NCBI GenBank assembly: GCA_041178085.1
Contig: JBEGVZ010000128.1
Location: forward strand, 1-47,081
Length of the DNA: 47,081 nt
Reading direction: 5' to 3'
DNA from: Pseudomonadota bacterium
GTDB lineage: Bacteria; Bdellovibrionota_B; Oligoflexia; Oligoflexales; RGVZ01
A program made the position numbers and the translations under genes. Each line of letters opens with the position of its first letter. Position 1 is the stretch's first letter. Positions 19,955 through 28,847 of the stretch are shown here, piece by piece. Below the pieces are notes generated by a model that saw only the letters and a program-made list of their open reading frames with translations, did no database searches and had not been told where the DNA came from.

Positions 19955-20012
19955 GTTTAGCCGCTAGAAGCTCCGATCCTACTCCATCACAAAACTGGGG
20001 GAGAGGACTGGC

Positions 20013-21095
20013 ATGTCAACACTGCGCAAAAATTTGATTGTATCCGCAGCTTTGGCCGGGGTTTTTCTGGTCGCCTGTGGACAAAAAGATGATTCAGAGT
20101 CAAAAAATATCGAAGCGGAATCCCTCGGAGAACTCAAGTTGTCCAGCTCCTTCAAACTGGACTTGCCGGACTCAATCAAAAAGGCAGGTGGCATTACGCC
20201 ATCTCTGGCGTTGACCAAAATGGACCGCAAGCGCTCGCGCGAGGCCTGCCAGGCTGTGAGCGATATTGGCATGTTGCTCCAAAACCTTGCCACGGCTTCC
20301 AGCATGGCATGTCACTTGGAAGCTGAATCAGAAAAAATCAAGTTTGGAACGAAGTACAAAGTCAACATCGCTGGTGGCGAAGATGGTGATCAGGACCTTC
20401 GCGTATGGGTGGATAACAGCGCGGCTGACAAGCTGATCATGTATTCCTGCCAAGGCACGAATTTGCTGCAAAAAATCGTTATCGATAGTTCCAATAGCAA
20501 CGGATCCTCCGGCAACATTGATTTTGGTTTCGGTGACCAGGCCAGCAGTGTGGGCATGAAGCTTTCTTTCGATTTCAAGGATCAGGCAGTGAAGGTCTTG
20601 AAGGGGCAGTTCACTTTCAGTGACGGGGCTGGGTCCTCGTTTGCTGGCGACAATGATCTGACGCTGCGTGATAGCGGCGTCAGCACCATGAAGGTTTCGC
20701 AGCGTGGTGACTTTGCTGGATCCTCTTTCGACCGCAAGGGAATGATCAAGACCAATGGATCAGCCGGGCAGGCATTGATGAGCCTTGACATGCAAGGGCA
20801 GCAATTCACCTATCGGGAATCCTTTGACGGTGAAGGCTACGCTCTCGATGATCCTTCAGCGGTCGCAGAAGATGTAAAGATCGCCAAATCGGAATTACCA
20901 GAGTCTTTGGCGGCTGGTTTCTCAATCGCTGCGCCAACGGGTTGGGATTGCGCGGTGGAGGAGACTATCTCGGTGGATGTCGCGAGTGGTGCAACAGCGG
21001 CTGCACATCAGGCCTGTGACGAAGAGGATTCGGAAGAGGCTTCGCCAAGCTGTGATGGCGCCGACTTTGAGTTCGGTGAGGTCGAATTGGAATAA
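20013..21095 (+). CDS. Hypothetical lipoprotein, acidic C-terminus
   Basis: GAGG RBS, lipobox FLVAC, six further Cys, Asp/Glu-rich tail. Confidence 0.7.
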   Translation: MSTLRKNLIVSAALAGVFLVACGQKDDSESKNIEAESLGELKLSSSFKLDLPDSIKKAGGITPSLALTKMDRKRSREACQAVSDIGMLLQNLATASSMACHLEAESEKIKFGTKYKVNIAGGEDGDQDLRVWVDNSAADKLIMYSCQGTNLLQKIVIDSSNSNGSSGNIDFGFGDQASSVGMKLSFDFKDQAVKVLKGQFTFSDGAGSSFAGDNDLTLRDSGVSTMKVSQRGDFAGSSFDRKGMIKTNGSAGQALMSLDMQGQQFTYRESFDGEGYALDDPSAVAEDVKIAKSELPESLAAGFSIAAPTGWDCAVEETISVDVASGATAAAHQACDEEDSEEASPSCDGADFEFGEVELE

Positions 21096-21120
21096 TGCGT
21101 GTCCCGTATCCGGGGATGTT

Positions 21121-21160
21121 TAAAATCAACGGCCAGGACCCGTAAAGGACCTGGCCGTTG
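21121..21160 (-). terminator. Hairpin terminator between convergent genes
   Basis: CAACGGCCAGG (21127-37) / CCTGGCCGTTG (21150-60) 11-bp inverted repeat; ATTTTA follows on the minus strand. Confidence 0.65.
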
Positions 21161-21198
21161 CTGTTGGCGGCTATCACTTCTTCCAAGTGAAGAGGCGT

Positions 21199-22632
21199 CT
21201 AGTTGCGCTTTCGTATCCTGAATTCAAGTTCGTCAAGGGTGCCGATGAGCTCAGATTTCGCCCGCGCGGGGACCGCTTGCTTGCCTAGCCAACGTCCGAT
21301 GGTGGTCTCGGCACGTCTCCGGTCACCGTTGGCAAGCAGCGTGAACTTCGCGCCATGGTTTCCACCTGGCACCATCAGTGTCATGTTGTCCCGGTCGCTG
21401 CGCCCCGCAGGGAATGCTCCGGCAGTCCAGGGATCCAGCTCACCGTAAACAAACATGATCGACTGTGCTTCTTCCTTGATCCAACGCTCAAGATCACGCA
21501 TCGCCGCATTGGAATAGGCGTACCGGACATCCCTTGGGGTGTACTGGTCGATGGTGAAGTCGTGCTTGCGCAGGTGCTGCAAGTGCGCGGTGCTGTTGCC
21601 CGGGTTCCCGAGCTCCGTAGCTGCCTGGTAGAAGTACGGAAGAAACTCCGCAATCGAACCTGACTGGTAATTGGACAGGGTGTTGATCGCTTCAAGGAAT
21701 GCGAACTGTTCCTCCGGGTTCCCCTTCACGGGAATGTCCTTGCATCCCTTTCCAGGAGCCTCGGGGTTGCCGTATTGCCAGAAAATGAATGGCGATTCGA
21801 TCACCGCGTGCTCAAAGGCGATGTCAGCACCACCGAGGAATGAGTAGTCACCGCTCATTTTCGGGACCAGCTTCTCGCGATTTTCCAGCAGGGCCACCTG
21901 CAATTGCTCGAGTGCCTGCCGGCATTTCTTCCAGCGTTCCCCGCCCACTTGCTCTACGAATGAGATGTAACGCTCGTCGCTGGTGCTGAAGGAAAGGGGT
22001 GCAACATCAGCCACCGTCCCGTTGACGTCATCCGGAAAAAACCAGCGGTGAAAAACGGAAGTCATGCCACCCTTGCTGGCACCAGTGTTGACCCAGTTTG
22101 CACGGTAAATCTTTTTCAGGGCGACCGTGATGGCATGGAAGTCTTTTGCCGACTGCTCAATATCAAGATTTTCCCACTGCACAGGTGCAGGGACCGAGTC
22201 TTTGAAGTGCCGGTGTTCGACCTGGACCTGGTTGGTCTCAAAAACCTTGGTGATAGCCGCTTCGCGTACGCCGAAGATCGAGTATCCGCTGGTCTGGAGT
22301 ACCACTGGTTCTGCTTCGTCTCTGTGCAGCACGACGACGCGTTGCGTGAAGGTCGGACTGCCCGTGTCGTTGTGGTCCACCGGCTGGGTGAACTTCAGCT
22401 CGAAGTGACGGACGCCTGCAGGCAAACCAGTCGGTGTCTGTTCGCGCGATTCAACGCCATCGAGGCAAGCCAGCTTGTCGGCAATATCAGACGCACCGTC
22501 AAGGCATGCAGCCTCGTCAACGGCATTCCCCGCCAACGCAGGTAAGGTAATTGCAGGTAAGGCAATCGCTGTTGCACATGCGACAAACTGTGCATTGAAA
22601 ATTCTTGGAAAAAAGGCGCGTGAGTGTTTCAT
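21199..22632 (-). CDS. Secreted S28/S37-type serine aminopeptidase (tripeptidyl aminopeptidase-like)
   Basis: FTQPVDH, F.QR, VEHRHF..S, GASKGGMT nucleophile elbow, YYQ-like FYQAATELG, YGELDPW, GGNHG. Confidence 0.85.
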   Translation of the reverse strand: MKHSRAFFPRIFNAQFVACATAIALPAITLPALAGNAVDEAACLDGASDIADKLACLDGVESREQTPTGLPAGVRHFELKFTQPVDHNDTGSPTFTQRVVVLHRDEAEPVVLQTSGYSIFGVREAAITKVFETNQVQVEHRHFKDSVPAPVQWENLDIEQSAKDFHAITVALKKIYRANWVNTGASKGGMTSVFHRWFFPDDVNGTVADVAPLSFSTSDERYISFVEQVGGERWKKCRQALEQLQVALLENREKLVPKMSGDYSFLGGADIAFEHAVIESPFIFWQYGNPEAPGKGCKDIPVKGNPEEQFAFLEAINTLSNYQSGSIAEFLPYFYQAATELGNPGNSTAHLQHLRKHDFTIDQYTPRDVRYAYSNAAMRDLERWIKEEAQSIMFVYGELDPWTAGAFPAGRSDRDNMTLMVPGGNHGAKFTLLANGDRRRAETTIGRWLGKQAVPARAKSELIGTLDELEFRIRKRN

Positions 22633-23459
22633 GGGAGCCTCTGGATTGTAGCCGTGTCAGTGCGCGAGCCTGCGACCGTGCATCTTCCGAACATGTCAAC
22701 GCTCAAGTAGCTTGGGCTGGTCATGGACAGCGCAAAAAGATCGGGATTGCCCGGCGTGTACAGCATCCTGAAAGAAAGCGGGACACGGCACGCCACCCAT
22801 TGGTTCGACACTGGTGACAGGATCACCTGGTCGGCAAACGCACGGGACTCCCACTGGCCATGCATATAAAAGTCTGCTGCGAATCCCGTTGTGAAACGGA
22901 CAGGTGATGGGTTGGGAACGCCTGCCATCTGCAGCATGATATTGTGGCGGACGACCTGTCCTGCAAGGAGCTCGATCTGCACATTGCGCGTGCCAGCATA
23001 GCGGCCGTCCAGCTCGTGGGCGACAGGGTCAGCAGGCGTCGAACCATCATCCACGGACATGAGCGGAATTGTGCAGGACTGGCTTGCCGGCCCGTTGAGG
23101 GTCACCCACAAGGAGGCGACCGCTGTGCCAGCAGGAATGGCAAACTTGTTCTTCTCACCCGCAACGGGTGCGGCGCGGACAGGGCCCCGGGAAGCCGTGT
23201 ATCCCGCTTCGAGTACTTCCACCCCAGAGCAGAACGCCGGGACTTCTACAGAGAAGTTGGTGATCGCGATTGGCTGGGGGAAGTTCACCCTGGCGTCCTG
23301 GAGGAAACCGCCCTGGTACTCGACGGTGCCGAGGACCTGGGTGTTCACGTATTCCTCGGACGTGGTGAATGCGAAACCTGAGGCAGAAACGGTTGATGCC
23401 CCACCCGTCATTAGAAACAACGCTGACAGCACAACACTGAGTTTTTCTCGTAAGCGCAT
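22629..23459 (-). CDS. Secreted hypothetical protein, two beta-rich domains
   Basis: AGGA RBS, signal peptide, 4-bp overlap with the peptidase start. Confidence 0.65.
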   Translation of the reverse strand: MRLREKLSVVLSALFLMTGGASTVSASGFAFTTSEEYVNTQVLGTVEYQGGFLQDARVNFPQPIAITNFSVEVPAFCSGVEVLEAGYTASRGPVRAAPVAGEKNKFAIPAGTAVASLWVTLNGPASQSCTIPLMSVDDGSTPADPVAHELDGRYAGTRNVQIELLAGQVVRHNIMLQMAGVPNPSPVRFTTGFAADFYMHGQWESRAFADQVILSPVSNQWVACRVPLSFRMLYTPGNPDLFALSMTSPSYLSVDMFGRCTVAGSRTDTATIQRLP

Positions 23460-23572
23460 CGTAGAATCCTTTCTTCGAGAAGCGAACGCCGCAGTTTTGC
23501 ATTTTTAATTGCCTTATTAGTGGCTTATGCCACTGGCTGGGAGGCGTCAAGCGGACTTGGTGGGTGAGTTCG

Positions 23573-23933
23573 TAAACTGCTCTACCTGACTGCGCCTGGC
23601 TTCCGATCGCCGAAAAGGACCCTTCTGGTGACGGGTTTTGGGCCCGGAAGGGCCAGGCGTGGTCGCCTTCGCTAAGCAGAGCTGTCGTCTTTTCAGGCAG
23701 TTGCCCTGGCCGGGGGTCCAGGCGCAGTCAGGTAGAGCAGTTCAAAAGCTTCCTAAACTGCTCTACCTGACTGCGCCTGGCTTCCGATCGCCGAAAAGGA
23801 CCCTTCTGGTTACGGGTTTTGGGCCCGGAAGGGCCGGCGTGGTCGCCTTCGCTAAGCAGAGCTGTCGTTTTTTCAGGCAGTTGCCCTGGCCGGGGGTCCA
23901 GGCGCAGTCAGGTAGAGCAGTTCAAAAGCTTCC
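23573..23933. repeat. Tandem pair of ~170-bp MITE-like elements with perfect 25-bp terminal inverted repeats
   Basis: TIR AACTGCTCTACCTGACTGCGCCTGG at 23575-23599 and 23756-23780; its reverse complement at 23718-23742 and 23898-23922. The copies differ at 3 positions. AAAGCTTCC follows each copy (23745-53, 23925-33). Confidence 0.9.
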
Positions 23934-24605
23934 CACCATGTCCCGGAAAGCCCGCCGCGCCCGGTCGTCCATTTCATGTGCAAGGTTGTCCAGGATCTTT
24001 ACCTGACCGGGCGGGAAACCAGCCGCATGCAGCTCCCGGAGTCCATCCAGCATGTTTTGTGCGGGCACGATCTGGTCATCCGCCCCGTGCAATGCATGAA
24101 TGACGCAAGGGCGGACGCCCTGGTACTCGTCGATACGAAACCCGGCACCCACGGCGACGATGCCTGCCACGCGTGGCAGCAGGCGGGCGATGTGCGGCGC
24201 AAAAAAACCGCCCTGCGAAAACCCGGCAATCACGATCCGTCGTTCAGCCAGTTCCAGCGCGGTCAATAACCGGAACAGGCCCTGGGCGGCCACTTCAGGT
24301 GGAATCAATACGGCGCTGCGATCGACATCCCGAAAATACCAGGAGTAGGCTTCGCTGTATTTTCCTGCTTTGCGCCAAGGCATCGGAAAAGGCGCGTTCG
24401 GAGCCAGGGTCTCAATGGGGGGCGGTTGACCCCGGCCAAGGGCTCTGGTCAGGAATTCGTCAGCCGTTTCGCGGAAGCCGTGCAGCATCAATAGAAGAGG
24501 TTCGTCGTGGGTAGTGCCTGCCCCGCGCGGGCTGGGTGCAGGAGCAAGCCGATAAAAACTCACAGGAACCGGCATCTCGATGTTTTTCACCTGACGATGG
24601 AGCAT
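23922..24605 (-). CDS. Alpha/beta hydrolase, phospholipase/carboxylesterase type
   Basis: LHGF, GFSQGG, HGADDQIVP, LAHE; its stop codon lies at the repeat terminus. Confidence 0.85.
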   Translation of the reverse strand: MLHRQVKNIEMPVPVSFYRLAPAPSPRGAGTTHDEPLLLMLHGFRETADEFLTRALGRGQPPPIETLAPNAPFPMPWRKAGKYSEAYSWYFRDVDRSAVLIPPEVAAQGLFRLLTALELAERRIVIAGFSQGGFFAPHIARLLPRVAGIVAVGAGFRIDEYQGVRPCVIHALHGADDQIVPAQNMLDGLRELHAAGFPPGQVKILDNLAHEMDDRARRAFRDMVGSF

Positions 24606-24672
24606 GCCCTATTATATTCCTTAAACCTGTCAAATGGGATCTCTCATTCTGTCTCGGAAAGGTTGGCGGAAA

Positions 24673-25263
24673 ATGAATTTCGCGCATGGGCGTCCAATTA
24701 CAGGATTTTTTCTCTCTGTTTTCGCCGCGGGACTGGTGATGCCTGGACTGGCGCTTGCGGGGCCCAAGTTTGAACGTTTGCTCGAAATTTTTCATGCCGC
24801 CAACCCCGTGATACCGGCAGACTTGCCGGCAGAGACTGCATGGGCGGGCTTTTGCACCGGAATGGACGAGCGAATGGACGACTCCCTTCTGGCGATCCGC
24901 CATACTCCGGATCCTGTGCTTGGCATCAACTTGAAGTCCTTGCAAAGGCATACGGTTGGTTCTTCCCATCACTACTTGCGCATGACCCCAGAGGGAGTTC
25001 GCAACGAGGTTGACGGGAGCGACCCGGCAACCTGGAACGACGGCGCCTGGAAATCAGACGGGGGCGATGCGCAGGAGCTTTTTCTGATGTCGGGTGCGCG
25101 CAGCAACGTTGCCCTTCGGATGGTTAAAACGCCCGACGAACCTGGCTTTTACTATGTGGCCTTGAAACAATGCCGGTCTTTTGACGGTGGGAAATGCAAC
25201 GGCTCCGGTAACAGTCCCATGATCAATCAACAGGTTTGCCATTACTACAGCCGCAAGTTTTGA
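24673..25263 (+). CDS. Secreted hypothetical protein
   Basis: Signal peptide ending ALA; W.G.C and CHYY motifs; first gene of a tightly packed + strand run. Confidence 0.6.
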   Translation: MNFAHGRPITGFFLSVFAAGLVMPGLALAGPKFERLLEIFHAANPVIPADLPAETAWAGFCTGMDERMDDSLLAIRHTPDPVLGINLKSLQRHTVGSSHHYLRMTPEGVRNEVDGSDPATWNDGAWKSDGGDAQELFLMSGARSNVALRMVKTPDEPGFYYVALKQCRSFDGGKCNGSGNSPMINQQVCHYYSRKF

Positions 25264-25266
25264 AAG

Positions 25267-26490
25267 ATGGAAGTCTACCTGATCATCGCCGCCCAACTCG
25301 CGATCCTGGTCATCTGGATCAGGGCTGGCTTGCATACGAGAGCCCTCAAGAGTCTTCCCGGTGCGGAACAATTGGCCTTATCCGGGCGTGGCACATGGCC
25401 TCGTTTGTCGATTCTGATCCCTGCCCTGAACGAAGGTAAGACTATCGGTCCAGCGCTGAGGAGCCTGCTTGCTGTTGACTATCCCGATCTGGAGGTTGTT
25501 TGTGTCAACGATCGTTCGACCGATGACACGGGTGCGGTGCTGGCGGCGGTGGCTGCGGGTGACCCCCGCGTGAAGGCGATCAATGTCACGGAACTTCCCC
25601 ACGGCTGGCTGGGCAAAGTTCATGCCCTGGACCGTGCCCTTGAGTTCGCGACGGGGGATTTCATCCTGTGCACCGATGCCGACATCCACTTCAGCAGGGA
25701 TGCGCTGAAGCGCGCGGTACAAATGATGGAACATCGCGGCCTTGACCACCTGGCACTGACGCCGGACATCAAGCCGGCCGGCCTTGTGTTCGATGTGGCG
25801 CTGGTTCAGGCCATGTGGACTCTTTTTTTCGATATCGATCCAGCAAAGATGGGCACGGATAATTGCCGGGCACCGATGGGCGTGGGTGCGTTCAATCTGG
25901 TGCGCGGGGAATTCATGCGTAACATCCAGCCGTTCAAGCGTCTGCGCATGGAGGTGATCGACGACATCGGTCTGGCGATCATGTGTCACCAGGCGGGTGG
26001 TCGCGGGGCCCTGATGAGCAGCGGTCCATCGGTGTCGTTGGAGTACTACGACAGCTTCATGTCATTGCTGCGTGGAATGGAAAAAAACGCTTTCGCAATT
26101 TTACATTATTCCGTTTTGCGCGCTCTGGGCGGAGCTTCCCTTGCATCTTTGCTGCCGGTGTTCGCGTTTGGGTTGCCAATCTGTTCGGAAGCCTGGACAC
26201 GCGTGACAGCTTGTGCGCTTTTTGTCTTTGCCATCCTCTGGCAGTATGTATCCATGCGCAACCTGGGGGTGAAGTTGCGCCATGTGGCGTTGATGCCGCT
26301 GGGGCTTGTGCTGGCGGCACTGATCGGTTTCAACTCGATGTTGCAGACGATGCGCCGAGGTGGTGTCGTGTGGCGTGGGACGTTCTATCCGCTGGCGGAG
26401 CTGCGGCGCATGCAGGTAACACGGTTCCCGGTTCCGCCACGCATCTCATCTCGTCAGGGAAAGACCAGGGAGCCATACCATGAAGGATAA
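25267..26490 (+). CDS. Membrane GT2 glycosyltransferase (HpnB/CrtQ-like)
   Basis: LIPALNE, NDRSTDDT, GWLGKVHAL, TDAD, DDIGLA, VVWRGT.Y; N- and C-terminal TM segments. Confidence 0.85.
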   Translation: MEVYLIIAAQLAILVIWIRAGLHTRALKSLPGAEQLALSGRGTWPRLSILIPALNEGKTIGPALRSLLAVDYPDLEVVCVNDRSTDDTGAVLAAVAAGDPRVKAINVTELPHGWLGKVHALDRALEFATGDFILCTDADIHFSRDALKRAVQMMEHRGLDHLALTPDIKPAGLVFDVALVQAMWTLFFDIDPAKMGTDNCRAPMGVGAFNLVRGEFMRNIQPFKRLRMEVIDDIGLAIMCHQAGGRGALMSSGPSVSLEYYDSFMSLLRGMEKNAFAILHYSVLRALGGASLASLLPVFAFGLPICSEAWTRVTACALFVFAILWQYVSMRNLGVKLRHVALMPLGLVLAALIGFNSMLQTMRRGGVVWRGTFYPLAELRRMQVTRFPVPPRISSRQGKTREPYHEG

Positions 26491-26812
26491 CCGGCCTGTT
26501 TATTCGACCGGTGGGGTCGGAGATTTGCGGAAAGGGGGCGGCCTGCAGTCGGGATCACCTTGGGTGCGTGGATCAGGTCCGGCCAAAATGCGTCTTGAGA
26601 CGGGTGGGCGCGGTGGTAAAGCAGTGACAGTGCTGTTTAATTTGCCGCTGGAAGAAAAAGAGGCCGCGGCCATGCTGAAGGAAATGCAAGGCAAGTTCGG
26701 GTGCGGTGGCACCGTAAAAGGTTCTACCCTTGAACTTCGTGGGGATGTGCGGGAAAAGGTTGAGCAGTTCATGAGTCGCCTTGGCATGAAGGTCGTCAGG
26801 GCGGGTGGTTGA
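26480..26812 (+). CDS. yciH: SUI1/eIF1-family translation factor (YciH)
   Basis: ETGGRGGKAVT, K.GCGGTVK, ELRGD, AGG C-terminus. Confidence 0.85.
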   Translation: MKDNRPVYSTGGVGDLRKGGGLQSGSPWVRGSGPAKMRLETGGRGGKAVTVLFNLPLEEKEAAAMLKEMQGKFGCGGTVKGSTLELRGDVREKVEQFMSRLGMKVVRAGG

Positions 26813-26856
26813 CCAGATTCACTGCGAACAGCGGTTCGCGGGTATGGGAGAAAAAA

Positions 26857-27291
26857 ATGAAGTTCAAAAGTGCGGTTTTATTTGCAGCAATTGCAACGAT
26901 GTCTGTTGCCGGAAGCGCGTTCGGTGAAGAGGCTCCAGCGGCTGCTGAGTCAGTAGCGCCAAAGAAAGTGAAGTCGAAAAGCAAGAAGACTCCGGTGGAT
27001 GAATCGGATGAGGCGCTACAGAAGAAGGTTGAGTCCCTGCAGAAGGAGCTGGCGAGCCTCAAGGCTGAACTTGCCAAAAATGCTGGCGCCCGCACCGAGC
27101 AGGCGCAGACACGCATGAAAGAGGAAGTTGACGGCCTGGAAAAGCGTCTTGCCGAATTGCAGGTGGAAATCAAGAAGCTTGGCGATACCTCGTCCGAAGA
27201 CATCAAGTCCACCGTCAAGAAAAATGTGGGTTCAGCTTTGACTTCTGCCGGTGATTTGCTCAAGAAGCTGGGTAAAGAAGTTTCCAAATGA
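26857..27291 (+). CDS. Secreted Lys/Glu-rich coiled-coil protein
   Basis: GGAG RBS, signal peptide ending AFG, heptad-like K/E-rich body. Confidence 0.65.
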   Translation: MKFKSAVLFAAIATMSVAGSAFGEEAPAAAESVAPKKVKSKSKKTPVDESDEALQKKVESLQKELASLKAELAKNAGARTEQAQTRMKEEVDGLEKRLAELQVEIKKLGDTSSEDIKSTVKKNVGSALTSAGDLLKKLGKEVSK

Positions 27292-28811
27292 CCCGTGCCG
27301 CCCGGGGCCGGACTGAAGTCCATTCAGTTCTGCTCATCATGGGTAATCAGCTCTTTCCGGTGGCGTCACTGCCGCCGCCGGAGGGAGTTTTGGTCTTCAT
27401 GGCGGAAGACCGGGAACTTTGCACATACTTCCGTTTTCACAAGCACAAGATCATTTTGTTCCTTGCTGCGATGCGGGCCTGGGCCGAAGAGCTGACGCGT
27501 CTTGGGTATCTGGTTCATTACACCCGAATCACGGATGACACGCCTGATCCGAAGCCTTTTGAAGTCAAGCTGCGGGAAGTGCTTCTGGCGAATCCGGATG
27601 CTGGGCTGGTCCATTTCGAGATCGAAGACAAGTTCATGGAAGGACGGATCGCGCGGCTGGTCCGCGAGACTGGTCGCAAGTGCCTGGTCAAACGGAGTCC
27701 GATGTTTATGACCAGCCGGGAGGAGTTCAGCGATTATCTGAAATCCGTCAAGAAGCCCTTCATGAAGACTTTTTATGAAGGGCGTCGCAAGAAGCTGGGG
27801 ATTCTCCTGAACAAGGACGGGACGCCTGTCGGCGGGCAGTGGAGCTTCGATGCCGATAACCGCGAGCGGCTTGGCAGCGACGTCAAGGTACCACCGTTGC
27901 CCAAGGTCAAGAATGGGCGCCATGTTCGCGAAGTTGCTGCGGCGATCGACAAGTTGTTCCCCGACCATCCTGGTGACAGTGCAGATTTCTGGCTGCCGGT
28001 GACCGCATCAAATGCCGGGCAATGGCTTGATGACTTTTTGGAACAGCGGCTTGGTGACTTTGGCCGCTATGAGGACGCGATCACTCCTGATCATTTTGCT
28101 CTTTTCCACTCAGTCCTTTCGCCTGCGATGAACCTGGGTCTGTTGACCCCGGATTACGTCATTAAAAGGACCCTGGAGTTTGCCAGAACCAACAAAACCC
28201 CGATGAACAGCCTGGAAGGTTTTGTCCGGCAAGTGATCGGTTGGCGCGAGTTCATTCGAGGGATCTATCAGAATTTCAGCGAGAAGGAAGATTCGACCAA
28301 TTTTTTCGGCCACAAGGCAAGGCTTGGGGCGGCATGGTACAAGGCAGAAACTGGTCTGCCACCCCTTGACGATGCTCTGCGCAAGTCGCTCAAGTTTGGT
28401 TGGGCGCATCATATTGAACGCCTGATGATCATCAGCTGCGTCATGCTTTTGTCTGGTGTTGCTCCGGAGGAAGTTCATCGCTGGTTCATGGAGATGTACG
28501 TCGATTCCTCCGACTGGGTGATGGGGCCCAATGTGTATGGTATGGGACAGTTCAGTGATGGCGGCGTCTTTGCCACCAAGCCATATGTTTGCGGTTCGAA
28601 CTACGTTCTCAAGATGAGCCCATACAAAAAAGGCCCCTGGTGTGAGGTTTGGGACGGCCTCTACTGGAAGTTTGTCGCGGAGAAGTCGCCGTTCCTTGCG
28701 CGCAATCCCCGTTTGTCGATGATGGTGGCCAGTTGGAAGAAAATGCCAGCTCAGCGGCAGAAGACCTTGCTCAAGGCCGCAGACGGGTTTATCAGCTCAG
28801 TGTGTGAATGA
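27288..28811 (+). CDS. Cryptochrome/photolyase family protein, bacterial (6-4) photolyase (PhrB/CryB-like) clade
   Basis: MGNQL, HKHKIILFLAAMR, WSFDADNR, FG.YEDA, LFHS.LSP.MNLGLL, EGFVRQVIGWREF, HHIERLM, DSSDWVMGPN, ATKPY. Confidence 0.9.
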   Translation: MTRAARGRTEVHSVLLIMGNQLFPVASLPPPEGVLVFMAEDRELCTYFRFHKHKIILFLAAMRAWAEELTRLGYLVHYTRITDDTPDPKPFEVKLREVLLANPDAGLVHFEIEDKFMEGRIARLVRETGRKCLVKRSPMFMTSREEFSDYLKSVKKPFMKTFYEGRRKKLGILLNKDGTPVGGQWSFDADNRERLGSDVKVPPLPKVKNGRHVREVAAAIDKLFPDHPGDSADFWLPVTASNAGQWLDDFLEQRLGDFGRYEDAITPDHFALFHSVLSPAMNLGLLTPDYVIKRTLEFARTNKTPMNSLEGFVRQVIGWREFIRGIYQNFSEKEDSTNFFGHKARLGAAWYKAETGLPPLDDALRKSLKFGWAHHIERLMIISCVMLLSGVAPEEVHRWFMEMYVDSSDWVMGPNVYGMGQFSDGGVFATKPYVCGSNYVLKMSPYKKGPWCEVWDGLYWKFVAEKSPFLARNPRLSMMVASWKKMPAQRQKTLLKAADGFISSVCE

Positions 28812-28847
28812 CGGCGGGACGAATATTTTCAGTCCCCGCGTGAGGAG

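Noticed and set aside
23573..23933. CRISPR array, SRP RNA, 6S RNA or tRNA
   Set aside because: Only two units with near-identical interiors and inverted ends, and no cas genes. The GGAA hairpin lacks the SRP internal-loop consensus. There is no tRNA T-loop. Perfect TIRs with a branched interior do not fit the 6S rod.
23638..24103. ORFs 23638..24006 and 23819..24103
   Set aside because: They are translations of the repeat and of the antisense strand of the esterase, with no protein-like features.
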